DNA of 64,000 bases, taken from Candidatus Latescibacterota bacterium (lineage in GTDB: Bacteria > Latescibacterota > UBA2968). Below, piece by piece: positions 29,522 through 38,847 of this stretch (its first letter is position 1; each line of letters begins with the position of its first letter). The notes under the pieces are model-generated. The model did not search any database. It saw nothing but the letters and a program-made list of their open reading frames with translations, and had not been told where the DNA came from. The stretch spans positions 736,001 through 800,000 of the forward strand of contig OZ242010.1 in the NCBI GenBank assembly GCA_965204745.1. Direction: 5' to 3'. The translations under genes and the position numbers were made by a program.

Positions 29522-30655
29522 ATGTCTCTATCTTCAAATGACTTTGACGCCGCGATTCAGCAGGCGATAGCGCGCCGCGATAGTGGCGATTTGGACGCGG
29601 CGATAGCGGGGTTTGATGCGGCTATCGCGATCTGCGATAGCGACCCGGCGGCGTATGTGCATCGCGGGATCGCAAATGGGCAACTGGAGCGATTCGACGC
29701 GGCAATAGCGGATTTTGACCGCGCCATCGCGCTCGCGCCCGGCGATCCATGGGTGTGGACGAATCGGGCGATAGCATGCGGGTTGATGGGGCAATTCGAC
29801 GCGGCGATAGAGAGCTTCGACCGGGCTATCGCGCTCGATCCAAGGGATACGCAGGCCCTCGCCAGCCGCGGGGAAACCCTGCGCGAGATGGGGCGGCTTG
29901 ACGAGGCGTTGGCGGATCTCAACCGGGTTTTGGAATTGGATGCGGATTATTTTGGCGCGTTGATCAGCCGAGGGCATGCGTGCCTGGCGATGGGACAATG
30001 CGATGCGGCAGCGGGTGATTTTGATCGGGCCATCGCCGTGGGCAATGGGCATCCGGATGCGTTTGCCGGGCGGGCCGAGGTCTATCGCCGGGTGGGGGCG
30101 AGCGAGGCCGCGATTGCGATGTACGGGCAGGCCCTCGGCGCGATGCCCGATCACTTGGGCGCGTTGATCGGCCGGGCCGAGGTGTTGCGGGCGAATGGGC
30201 AATGGGCAGACGCGCTCGCGGATTTTGACCGCGCGCTCGGTCTCGCGCCGGATGATCCCGATTTGTTGGCCGGACGAGGGGATGTCGCGTTGCAACTGGG
30301 GCAAAGTGCCGAGGCGATCCGCGATTTTACCGCGGCATTGAATCGGGCGCCGGATCATCTGTGGGCGTTGATGGGGCGTGGGGTCGCGCTGCGAATGGCG
30401 AATGATCTGGAGGCGTCGCTCGCGGATTTTGACCGGGCCGTGCAAATCGAGACCGGGGATACGTGGGTTTGGGCACAGCGCGGGGAGACGCGGCGGATGC
30501 TCGGGGAATACGAAGAAGCGGTTGCAGATTTTACGCACGCGCTGGATCTCGATCCGGAAAACAGCTACGCACGGGAATGCCGGGCAGAGGCGTTTCGGCA
30601 ACTGGGCCGCTTTGTGGAAGCGGTTGAAGATCTGAACAGAGCAAGGGCGGAATGA
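29522..30655 (+). CDS. All-TPR repeat protein
   Basis: About 11 repeats of the type RG..G..A.ADFDRAI.L.P. Confidence 0.92.
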   Translation: MSLSSNDFDAAIQQAIARRDSGDLDAAIAGFDAAIAICDSDPAAYVHRGIANGQLERFDAAIADFDRAIALAPGDPWVWTNRAIACGLMGQFDAAIESFDRAIALDPRDTQALASRGETLREMGRLDEALADLNRVLELDADYFGALISRGHACLAMGQCDAAAGDFDRAIAVGNGHPDAFAGRAEVYRRVGASEAAIAMYGQALGAMPDHLGALIGRAEVLRANGQWADALADFDRALGLAPDDPDLLAGRGDVALQLGQSAEAIRDFTAALNRAPDHLWALMGRGVALRMANDLEASLADFDRAVQIETGDTWVWAQRGETRRMLGEYEEAVADFTHALDLDPENSYARECRAEAFRQLGRFVEAVEDLNRARAE

Positions 30656-31659
30656 GCGAATCGCATCACATTGTCATTGCGGACCGCACGGTTGCGTTTG
30701 AAGAGACGATAGCCCGGTTTGGCGCGGCATTGTCCAAGATGTGTCGGTTTCAAACGCGGGCGCGGCGGTTTTACAAGACCGTGTGGATCGCGGATTGTTA
30801 TACGGATTACGTGCAATCCGCGCTGTTTCGCAAGTACGAAGGGCCGCTGATGGAGGGCATTGCCCTGCGGACCATGGGCAAGGGGTTGTCCAAAGCGCAA
30901 GTGTTGGCAGGGGCCCTGGCCGAGGCCGTGGAGCGCGTGTCGTTTTTTGACGCGCTAGCCCATGGGCGCGAGACCCCGATTTACGAGTTGACGCCGGATG
31001 TCGCGCTTGTGCAGACTGACATGAAAGCGGCGGATGTGCCGCATTTGAACGATTCGGCCAATGGAGTCTCGGCGGGCAATACCGTGCTGGAGTGCGTGTT
31101 TCACGGCTTGTTGGAGATGCACGAGCACCTGGATGTGGGGATGCACTTTTACTGGCCGGGGTTGAAACACCGGCAATTTGTCGATCCCATGCTGACGGGA
31201 TTTCCCGCACACATTGCCGAGAAGATGCTGGCCGTGGCCGCGCCGGGGGAAAACGAAAAGGTGACGACGGTTCACGCGGTTGTGTGTCCCAAAGACCTGG
31301 GGCCGCTGGTTCGCACATGCACGCATTTGGACGGGCGAATGGCGTTGCAACGGGCGTTTAATGAAACGGTGCAGAGTCACAAGACCCGGTTTGTGTCCGA
31401 TTTGCAGACGTTTGCTCCGGAGATCGACGTGTGGGATTTGCCCAATCATTTTACGGATGATTTGGTTGCGGATATTCAGGTGGTGATGAGCGGCATGAAG
31501 CATCCGGTTTACGTGCAAGATTGGACGCATCCCGAGATGCAGATTCCGGTGTTGCGCCCCTTTAGCTTGCAGACACCAGCACGCGATCACGCGATGGTCG
31601 AGACGTATGTCCATCGCATTATGGTGGATTCGGGGGATTATATGGTGTGGGGATTTTAG
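30652..31659 (+). CDS. Compact YcaO-like protein
   Basis: MGKGLS..ALAEAVER and SANGVSAGN..GLLEMHEH ATP/Mg motifs; ATGA overlap with the TPR gene. Confidence 0.75.
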   Translation: MSESHHIVIADRTVAFEETIARFGAALSKMCRFQTRARRFYKTVWIADCYTDYVQSALFRKYEGPLMEGIALRTMGKGLSKAQVLAGALAEAVERVSFFDALAHGRETPIYELTPDVALVQTDMKAADVPHLNDSANGVSAGNTVLECVFHGLLEMHEHLDVGMHFYWPGLKHRQFVDPMLTGFPAHIAEKMLAVAAPGENEKVTTVHAVVCPKDLGPLVRTCTHLDGRMALQRAFNETVQSHKTRFVSDLQTFAPEIDVWDLPNHFTDDLVADIQVVMSGMKHPVYVQDWTHPEMQIPVLRPFSLQTPARDHAMVETYVHRIMVDSGDYMVWGF

Positions 31660-31983
31660 GGCGTGTTGACATTTAAGGAGGACCTATCCCCCGGCCCCTT
31701 TCCTACGAGGAAAGGGGAGTAAAGCTCTTTTGGTGGCTTATAGCTATGGTTGCTCTGAGGGCGTTGACCGAGGGTATAAAGCGATTAAAAATCCCTCATC
31801 AATACCCTCGCAAAACCGCTCGCCATTCCCCCCTTCCTTGCAGGAAGGGGGCCAGGGGGGTAGGTCCAAACAAAAAGACAAGTACGCAATGGATTCAACG
31901 CTTAATTCGCATTGTCAGTAGTCAGTAAAACCAGTCAGTTCACCCAGTCCCATCAGTCGTAGGGACAGGCCCCGTGCCTGTCC
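31657..31983. repeat. Composite repeat stack: TAGGGCGTGTTGACA end + family A MITE (31680-31867) + TIR end + REP
   Basis: Parts match 1751-1920, 9477-9503, 40963-40978 and the REP family. Confidence 0.85.
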
Positions 31984-32006
31984 ATTGAGGTGCGAGGGTC
32001 AAAAAT

Positions 32007-32879
32007 ATGACGCCAAAAACGATGGATTTTTTGAGTTGCGTTGTCGGCGTGCCAACTGTGCGTTTGTTCGGCACTTTGGCCGTTGTGTTGACGGTGGCAT
32101 GTGGCAAGGCGGTGGAGCCTGAATTTGTGATTGAGGAGTCCATCGTCACCACGCCTGCGGGCACAGAGCATGTGCAGGTGTTTGTTCCGGCGAGCGCGTT
32201 CACGATGGGGTCGAGCGATGGCCCGGCCAATGCGCGCCCGGCGCACGAGGTGATGCTCGACGCTTTTTACATCGACAAGTACGAAGTGACCAACGCACAG
32301 TACTTGGCGTATGCCGAGGCCACGGGCAGCGAACGCCCGCAGTTTATTCGGGATGAGGGTTTTAATGATCCGAACCAACCTGTGGTGGGAATCTTGTGGT
32401 ACCAAGCGCGGGATTATTGCCAGTGGGCGGGGTTGCAGTTGCCGAGTGAGGCGCAGTGGGAATTGGCCGCTGCGGGTACGGATGGGCGCGTGTTTCCTTG
32501 GGGCGACGAGCCTGCGGATGCGTCCCTGTGCAATTTCAATTTTAGTGCTGGGCCAACGCCCGTGGGCGAGTATCCAGAGGGGGCGAGTCCGTTTGGCGCG
32601 CTGGATATGGCGGGCAATGTGTGGGAGTGGACGCGGGATGAATACCAGCATACGTTTTACGCAACCAGCCCGGTTCACAATCCGGTCAATTTGAAAAACG
32701 CAGGTATGGAAGATGGCCCGGACCGCACACTGCGCGGCGGGAGTTGGTTCTCGACTCAGTACAATGTCCGCGTGTTTGTGCGGAGTTCGGTGCTCATTAT
32801 GGAAGAACAAGCCGAGTCACGCGACGATGGCCTTCAGATATATGCTTATATCGGGTTTCGATGTGCGCGGGAGAAGTGA
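32007..32879 (+). CDS. Formylglycine-generating enzyme (SUMF1/FGE-sulfatase) domain lipoprotein
   Basis: Lipobox LTVAC; FTMGS, YEVTNAQY, LPSEAQWE, DMAGNVWEW, RGGSW, GFRCA; start uncertain. Confidence 0.9.
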   Translation: MTPKTMDFLSCVVGVPTVRLFGTLAVVLTVACGKAVEPEFVIEESIVTTPAGTEHVQVFVPASAFTMGSSDGPANARPAHEVMLDAFYIDKYEVTNAQYLAYAEATGSERPQFIRDEGFNDPNQPVVGILWYQARDYCQWAGLQLPSEAQWELAAAGTDGRVFPWGDEPADASLCNFNFSAGPTPVGEYPEGASPFGALDMAGNVWEWTRDEYQHTFYATSPVHNPVNLKNAGMEDGPDRTLRGGSWFSTQYNVRVFVRSSVLIMEEQAESRDDGLQIYAYIGFRCAREK

Positions 32880-32891
32880 GGTTGAGATTTG

Positions 32892-35180
32892 ATGGTGTTG
32901 ACAAAAAAATATATTGCCGTCGCTATTGCGCTGGGGGTTATCGCGTTTGTCGGGGTGATGGTGTACCTGCTTTCGCGGGTCGAGCGGGTCGAGCAGACGG
33001 GTGGGCCGGAGGATCGGGCGTTGTTTGCCGAGGGCTATGTGGGCGCAGAGCGTTGCGGCCCGTGCCACGGGGAGGCGTTTGAGACGTGGTCGCATTCCGC
33101 GCACGCAGAGGCGATGGCCGTGGCGACGCCGGAAACGGTGAAGGGCGATTTTGTGGGGCAGACGACGCACGAGTTTGACGGGCAGACGTATCGGATGTTT
33201 GTGAAAGATGGTCGCTATTTTATCGAGGCGCCCAACCGCGATGGGCTGATGCAGACGTATCCGGTGGTGTACACGCTGGGCGCGCGTCAGCACGAGAATT
33301 ATTTGACGCGGTTTCCGGACGGGCGGCTACAGGTGTTGCCGGTGTATTACGATTTGAATCAAAAACGCTGGTTTGACGCGGCAGAAGGCACGTTGGAGAT
33401 CGGGCACGCACTTCGGGGAGATGCGTTTTATTTTTGGGCGAATCACGGACGGACGTGGAACACGCGGTGCTTTGATTGCCATGCGTCGCAGATGCGGAAA
33501 AATTACGATTTGACGACCGATACGTACAGGAGCGTGGTGGGCGATTTGAGCATCAACTGCGAGGCGTGCCACGGGCCTGGCGCGGCGCATGTCGCGTTTT
33601 GGCGCGCCGCGGCCGAGGATCCGCAGTTGGCGATGCAACCGGATCGGTCATTGCCGGATTTGAGCAGTTTGAGTCCGCAACAACAGGTGGAGGCATGCGC
33701 GCAGTGCCACGCCTTGAAAATCCCCTTGCGGTCGGGGTACGTCCCCGGGGATGATTATTGGGATTATTACGAGTTGCGCTTGATCGATACCGACGATGCG
33801 TTTTGGCCTGACGGGTTGGCGAAAAAGTTGGCGTATCCGTATTTGCAATTCGGCAGCAGTGCTTGTTTTCTCAAGGCGGGGTTGACGTGTACCGGATGCC
33901 ACGCGACGCACGGCAGTTCGAGGCGGTCGGAATTGATCGCGGACCCGCGCGGGGTGGGGCTTTGCGCGCGCTGTCACCCGGATATCGCCGCGGATGTGAA
34001 TGGGCACACGCATCACAAGGCCACCGGGCCGGGCGGAGATTGTCAGGCGTGCCATTTGCCGCAACAATTTCGCAACCAACTCGTGATGACCGATCACCGC
34101 ATTGCCGTGCCCGTGCCGGAGAATACCGCGCGCTTGGGCATTCCGAATGCGTGTGGGCAAAGCGGTTGCCACGCGGATCGATCCGCTGAATGGGCGTCGG
34201 AAAAAGCGCGGGCGTGGTATGGCGATTATCAAGATGTGCGCGTGGCACACGCCGATGCGATTCACCGCGGGCGAGAAGGCGATACCGAGGCCGTGGGCGC
34301 GTTGCAGGCCATGCTATCTTCTGAGTTGCCGCCGCTGACGCGCGCGGGCGTGATTGCGATTTTGGGCACGTTGAGCGATGCGCGGGTCGTGGGAGGGTTG
34401 ACGCACGCGCTCGTAGATTCGCATTCCGCAGTGCGGGCGCAGGCCGCTGTCGCGCTGGGGCGAATCGGGCATCCGAGGGCATTGCCCTATTTGGTGGCCG
34501 CGCTCGGTGACAGCGTGTTTTCCGTGCAAATTCGGGCCGCGTATTCGCTGGCGCGGATGGATTACGTGCCGGAAAATGGCGAGGATGAAGCGCGGTACAC
34601 GCGGGCATTGGACGCATTTCGGGCCATCGTGAGCGGCGATGGGCTTTTGGCGGATGATGCGTTTATGCACCTCAATGTGGGGCAGATTCACGAGTTTGAT
34701 CGGGCGTTTGATCAAGCGCGCAACCACTACGCTCACGCCTTGCGTTTCGCGCCCGGCCTGGCCGATGCACAGGATCGCATGCAGCGGTTGTTGGAAGACG
34801 AGGCGCGGTACAAAAAACTGGTCGAGATGTTGACCCCTGCGGTGGAGAAAGACATGCGCGCGCGCATCGCGCTGGGACTGGCGCGTATCCACCGGGGCGA
34901 GGTGCGCGAGGGCATCGCGCTGTTGAATGTGGATGCGCGGTCCGAACTCGTGCAAACCGGACTGGGCGACGCGTATCGCGCATTGGGCAATTTTGAACGG
35001 GCAAAGCAGCATTACAAGACGGCGTTAGAGATGGCGCGAGAATTTCCCGGCGCGCACCGCGGGCTGGCATTGATCGCGTATTCACAGGGCGATAGCACGG
35101 CTGGCAAAGCGCATTGGGATAGGTTTGTGCAAGGGCGAGATGGGGCTTCGGATGGGGTGAAGCGGTTGATGGGGAGGTAG
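32892..35180 (+). CDS. Multiheme cytochrome c with HEAT and TPR repeats
   Basis: N-terminal TM; 7 CxxCH plus CGQSGCH; HEAT then TPR repeats. Confidence 0.9.
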   Translation: MVLTKKYIAVAIALGVIAFVGVMVYLLSRVERVEQTGGPEDRALFAEGYVGAERCGPCHGEAFETWSHSAHAEAMAVATPETVKGDFVGQTTHEFDGQTYRMFVKDGRYFIEAPNRDGLMQTYPVVYTLGARQHENYLTRFPDGRLQVLPVYYDLNQKRWFDAAEGTLEIGHALRGDAFYFWANHGRTWNTRCFDCHASQMRKNYDLTTDTYRSVVGDLSINCEACHGPGAAHVAFWRAAAEDPQLAMQPDRSLPDLSSLSPQQQVEACAQCHALKIPLRSGYVPGDDYWDYYELRLIDTDDAFWPDGLAKKLAYPYLQFGSSACFLKAGLTCTGCHATHGSSRRSELIADPRGVGLCARCHPDIAADVNGHTHHKATGPGGDCQACHLPQQFRNQLVMTDHRIAVPVPENTARLGIPNACGQSGCHADRSAEWASEKARAWYGDYQDVRVAHADAIHRGREGDTEAVGALQAMLSSELPPLTRAGVIAILGTLSDARVVGGLTHALVDSHSAVRAQAAVALGRIGHPRALPYLVAALGDSVFSVQIRAAYSLARMDYVPENGEDEARYTRALDAFRAIVSGDGLLADDAFMHLNVGQIHEFDRAFDQARNHYAHALRFAPGLADAQDRMQRLLEDEARYKKLVEMLTPAVEKDMRARIALGLARIHRGEVREGIALLNVDARSELVQTGLGDAYRALGNFERAKQHYKTALEMAREFPGAHRGLALIAYSQGDSTAGKAHWDRFVQGRDGASDGVKRLMGR

Positions 35181-35211
35181 CGGTCAGTTGTCAGTTCCCC
35201 TCTCGCGCCTC

Positions 35212-37326
35212 CTAAAAGCTGACCGCAGAGGGCTGATGGCTCAGCGTAAAATGTGCCCAGCCTTTCCAGCGATCCACGCCTGTTAGGCGCAGGGCGATTT
35301 CGTCGCCGACCTCGACGGGGTGCGCCGGGTAGATGACGGTCTTGAAGGGATGGTCGAGGAGTTCTACGAGCACGCCGCGCATCTTGAGGTGGAGAACAAC
35401 CGCGCGAAATTCCCGGCCGAGTTGGCGTTCCCAAGATTGGAGTAGCAGGTCGCGGGTGTGGCGATACACCAGTCCATCGATCAGGCCCTGAGTTTCCCAC
35501 AAGCGATAGCGCAGGGTATTGAAATCGTCAACCGAGTAGAGCACTTGCTCGGTCTGAAGATAATGCGCGATCTGGCGTTGCATCGCCAAATCCGCGTAGC
35601 GCACGAGCGGATGCGCGATGGGGCAACAGTGCGAAACGCCGTGCCCGTGATGGAACCCCGGCGCGGTGTTGAGATCCGTGCGCGGGGTGTGCCGGTGCAA
35701 TTCATGGCGGCGGACAACAGGGTGTGGAATCTGCCGAATGGCCGCGGCGTTCTCGACCGGGTCTCGCGTCTCGTAAATCGCGGGAATCCCCTTGTTGTCG
35801 CACCACCGGCCCGCGGCCATAGCCGCGAGCAAGCGCGCTTCTCGCGCAATGCAGATGCGTTTTGCAGGGCCGTCCGATTGTCGCGCTTGGCAGAGGCGCG
35901 TCGCCAACTGAGAAAAAAATTGAAGGGCGCGGTGCTGCGGGTGAGTCGAATCCGCGAGAGCCTGCTCGACATTCTCCGGCGTCAGGTCCGCTTTGTTCAC
36001 GGCGGTCGTCTGCGCGATGCAAAAATCCTCGATACGCCCTTCCCGGTTCACGCGCCAGAAAATGCTCAGCGCGGGCCGCGCCTGTTGGAACTTGCCCAAG
36101 TCAGAAACAATGCGCGGGGGCAACATGGGGATGGGGTGATCCGCAAAGGGAATGCGTGCTACCCGCTCCGCTGCTTCTCGGTCGACAGCCGAATCCTTTG
36201 GGATGAGGGCCGCGACGTCCGGAATGTGGACGCCAAATTCCGGGCCGCGAAACACTCTGCGGCGGAACGAAAGCGCGAGGGCTTGCTGGCCGGGCAGGTG
36301 GATCACAAAGACCTTTTGCTTTTTGCGATGACCGAGCGCGGGGGCGAGGGTCAAGGCTTGGCGCAGGGCGTCTTCCGAAAATGCAATGGGCACTTCGGCG
36401 CGGAGCAGATCGAGGTTTTCATCGCGACCCCACACCTGTTTTTGAACGAGCAACTCAACCGCTGATTTTTGGCGGTTTTTTTTGTTCGGGCAGATTTCAG
36501 CGAGCAATGCCTGCGCTTGGGTGGCGCGTTGCGATTCCCTGCCCCAAAGGGCGTATTGCCGAATCTGGTCCAAATAGGTCTGCTGGCGCGGGGTCATGGT
36601 GTGGGCGGCGATGGATTCGGCTTGGTTCTGCATGGCGTGGATAAATTCCTCGCGCTCTTCATCCCGATCTCGTTGCCGGCTCTCCCGCTGCCGGCGGAAC
36701 CCCACTTGATCGAGTGTGTACGGCGAATACACATTGGAAGCGCGGGGCCGAAAATACACACAGGCCTGGTGCAAGTGCAAGTACAGGGCCATCCACTGCG
36801 TGGCGTCGGCATCGCCATCAAAAAAGAGATCGGCGATTTCGGACAGGGAAAGGGCCGTATCGGATTCGACCGCGAGTTCCCACACGGCTTCGAGGTCGAG
36901 TTCCCGGCTCAACGTGCGCACGGCAGTCGCGTACGCCTTGAGCGGCACGTCCTGCATGCCGCTGAGGTACACGAGATTTGTGCGATGAAAGCGGAGGCGG
37001 CGATCATCCTCGGCCAAAACCGCGATCTCGGAAATATTGCGGGACAAAACCCCTTGGCAAGTGCCGAGCAACAAACGCTTGCGAAACCGAAACAGGACGA
37101 TCTCATCGCGAACAGGCATGCCGGGCAACCGGGCCGCCACATCCTTTGGCGGGATCATCCCCTCGGGCAGGGGACTCAGCACCGGGTCTTCGTCCAACTT
37201 GCCCGTGTAGCGTTCGTCCCTTCCGTGCTCCTTGCGGATGATGAACCCGTAAACGCGCTTGAGCAGGCTGGCATAGTAGTAGAGATAGCGATTGGAAATG
37301 GCGATTTCGCGTTTGGATTTTTGCAT
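35212..37326 (-). CDS. RNase II/RNB-like protein, catalytic motif degenerate
   Basis: GVHIPDVA, IPMLP, HPLVRYADLAMQRQI, C-terminal S1-like domain; DxDD motif absent. Confidence 0.75.
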   Translation of the reverse strand: MQKSKREIAISNRYLYYYASLLKRVYGFIIRKEHGRDERYTGKLDEDPVLSPLPEGMIPPKDVAARLPGMPVRDEIVLFRFRKRLLLGTCQGVLSRNISEIAVLAEDDRRLRFHRTNLVYLSGMQDVPLKAYATAVRTLSRELDLEAVWELAVESDTALSLSEIADLFFDGDADATQWMALYLHLHQACVYFRPRASNVYSPYTLDQVGFRRQRESRQRDRDEEREEFIHAMQNQAESIAAHTMTPRQQTYLDQIRQYALWGRESQRATQAQALLAEICPNKKNRQKSAVELLVQKQVWGRDENLDLLRAEVPIAFSEDALRQALTLAPALGHRKKQKVFVIHLPGQQALALSFRRRVFRGPEFGVHIPDVAALIPKDSAVDREAAERVARIPFADHPIPMLPPRIVSDLGKFQQARPALSIFWRVNREGRIEDFCIAQTTAVNKADLTPENVEQALADSTHPQHRALQFFSQLATRLCQARQSDGPAKRICIAREARLLAAMAAGRWCDNKGIPAIYETRDPVENAAAIRQIPHPVVRRHELHRHTPRTDLNTAPGFHHGHGVSHCCPIAHPLVRYADLAMQRQIAHYLQTEQVLYSVDDFNTLRYRLWETQGLIDGLVYRHTRDLLLQSWERQLGREFRAVVLHLKMRGVLVELLDHPFKTVIYPAHPVEVGDEIALRLTGVDRWKGWAHFTLSHQPSAVSF

Positions 37327-37344
37327 GGTTTTGCCCCCTATTGA

Positions 37345-37373
37345 AAAAGCCCCGGCGCGTGACCAGGGCTTTT
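37345..37373. terminator. Terminator-like hairpin
   Basis: AAAAGCCCCGG-loop-CCAGGGCTTTT downstream of the DUF1501 gene. Confidence 0.6.
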
Positions 37374-37397
37374 GTGGTTCGAGGCGATGCTGCGCCT

Positions 37398-38813
37398 TTA
37401 GCGGTTTCGGTACGCCTCGACAAATTGCAGAAAATCGCCAAACCCGACATTGCCATCGCCATCCAAATCGTACTGGGCTTCTGTGCCGCCGTAGGCTTGG
37501 GCAAATTGGAGAAAGTCATTAAAATCGACTTTGCCATCGGCATTGAAATCGGCCTTGGCGAATTGAGAGGTCGAACTGAGAAGGGGAATGAGCGCGGGAC
37601 TGGACGAAAAAATATTGGCGAGCACATTTTCCGACACGGCAAACCACTGGTTGAGCACCGAGGCATAGACTTGGCGGAAGTCGTAGTCGTAGAAAAAGTC
37701 CCCGCGGTTGTCAACCCGGTCGAAATTGGGATCTGCGCCGACGACGCCCGCGTTGATGGAAGGGCCAAAAAAGAACATGGGCGCGGACGTGCCGTGGTCC
37801 GTACCCGCGCTGCCGTTTTCCTTCACGCGCCGCCCGAACTCCGAAATGCTCATGCCCAAGACCCGGTCTTGCAACTGGTGTTCCCGCAGGTCTTGCACAA
37901 ACGCCGCGACCGAGGCATCGAGGTCGCGCATCAAAACGTCGTGTCGGTTGATCTGATTGGCGTGCGTGTCGTAGCCGCCTTGGGAAACGAGGTACACTTT
38001 GGCCTTCAAGCCCCCTGCGATCAAGCGCGTAACCAAACTGAGTTTATCCGCGAGCGAGTTATCGGGATATGCCACGCGGTTCGCGCTTTGGCTCGCGGCA
38101 TCTTGAACTTGCGCGGAGTAGCGCAGGGATTCAAAATTGATGCGGCGGACAAAATCGAGCTCATACCCGGCCGGCGTGGGGATCTGGTTGTCTTCGATGA
38201 TTTTGTTGCCCCGCTCCACGAGATAGACAAATTGCCTGGGGTTGCGAAGCGCGATGCCCATCGCGCCGTTTTTGCCCAACAGCGCGAGCGAAAGCACGGG
38301 GCCGATATCGACAGCTAGGGGATGTTCGGGCAGGGTATCTGGTCCCGAAAGTTGGGTTTCGAGATAGCGACCCAGCCAGCCGTGCGTCAAAAATTCATCG
38401 GCGTCCGATGCGGTCATCCAGATATCGGTGGAGCGAAAATGCGAGCGGTTGGGGTTGGGATAGCCCACGCCTTGCACGACCATCAACTGGCCTTCGTCAT
38501 AGAGTTCCTTGAACCCGGTCAGTTGCGGATGCAAGCCCTGCAGATCCGTGAGTTTGAGGGCGTCTTCCTTTTTGATGTGGACGCCCGGCCGCGCCTGATA
38601 ATAGGCATCGTTTTCAAAATTGATCACGGTGTTGAGGCCGTCATTGCCGCCGTTGAGGCGAATGATAACGAGCACGCGGTCGGTCTGGCTGAGTGCGGCG
38701 GCGGCCATGGGGCCAACGGCTTCGGCGCGGCCATAAGCGCGCGTCATAAAACCGCCCAGCGCAAACCCGGCACCGCCTCGGCTTGCGTTTTTGAGAAAGT
38801 CGCGTCTGTTCAT
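37398..38813 (-). CDS. DUF1501 Tat-exported protein with dockerin/EF-hand-like C-terminus
   Basis: MNRRDFLK; LNGGNDGLN, NRSHFRSTDIW, GGYDTHANQ, SEFGRR, GTDHG. Confidence 0.92.
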   Translation of the reverse strand: MNRRDFLKNASRGGAGFALGGFMTRAYGRAEAVGPMAAAALSQTDRVLVIIRLNGGNDGLNTVINFENDAYYQARPGVHIKKEDALKLTDLQGLHPQLTGFKELYDEGQLMVVQGVGYPNPNRSHFRSTDIWMTASDADEFLTHGWLGRYLETQLSGPDTLPEHPLAVDIGPVLSLALLGKNGAMGIALRNPRQFVYLVERGNKIIEDNQIPTPAGYELDFVRRINFESLRYSAQVQDAASQSANRVAYPDNSLADKLSLVTRLIAGGLKAKVYLVSQGGYDTHANQINRHDVLMRDLDASVAAFVQDLREHQLQDRVLGMSISEFGRRVKENGSAGTDHGTSAPMFFFGPSINAGVVGADPNFDRVDNRGDFFYDYDFRQVYASVLNQWFAVSENVLANIFSSSPALIPLLSSTSQFAKADFNADGKVDFNDFLQFAQAYGGTEAQYDLDGDGNVGFGDFLQFVEAYRNR

Positions 38814-38847
38814 AACGAACTCCTGTGGCGAAAGGCGGATGCCATTT

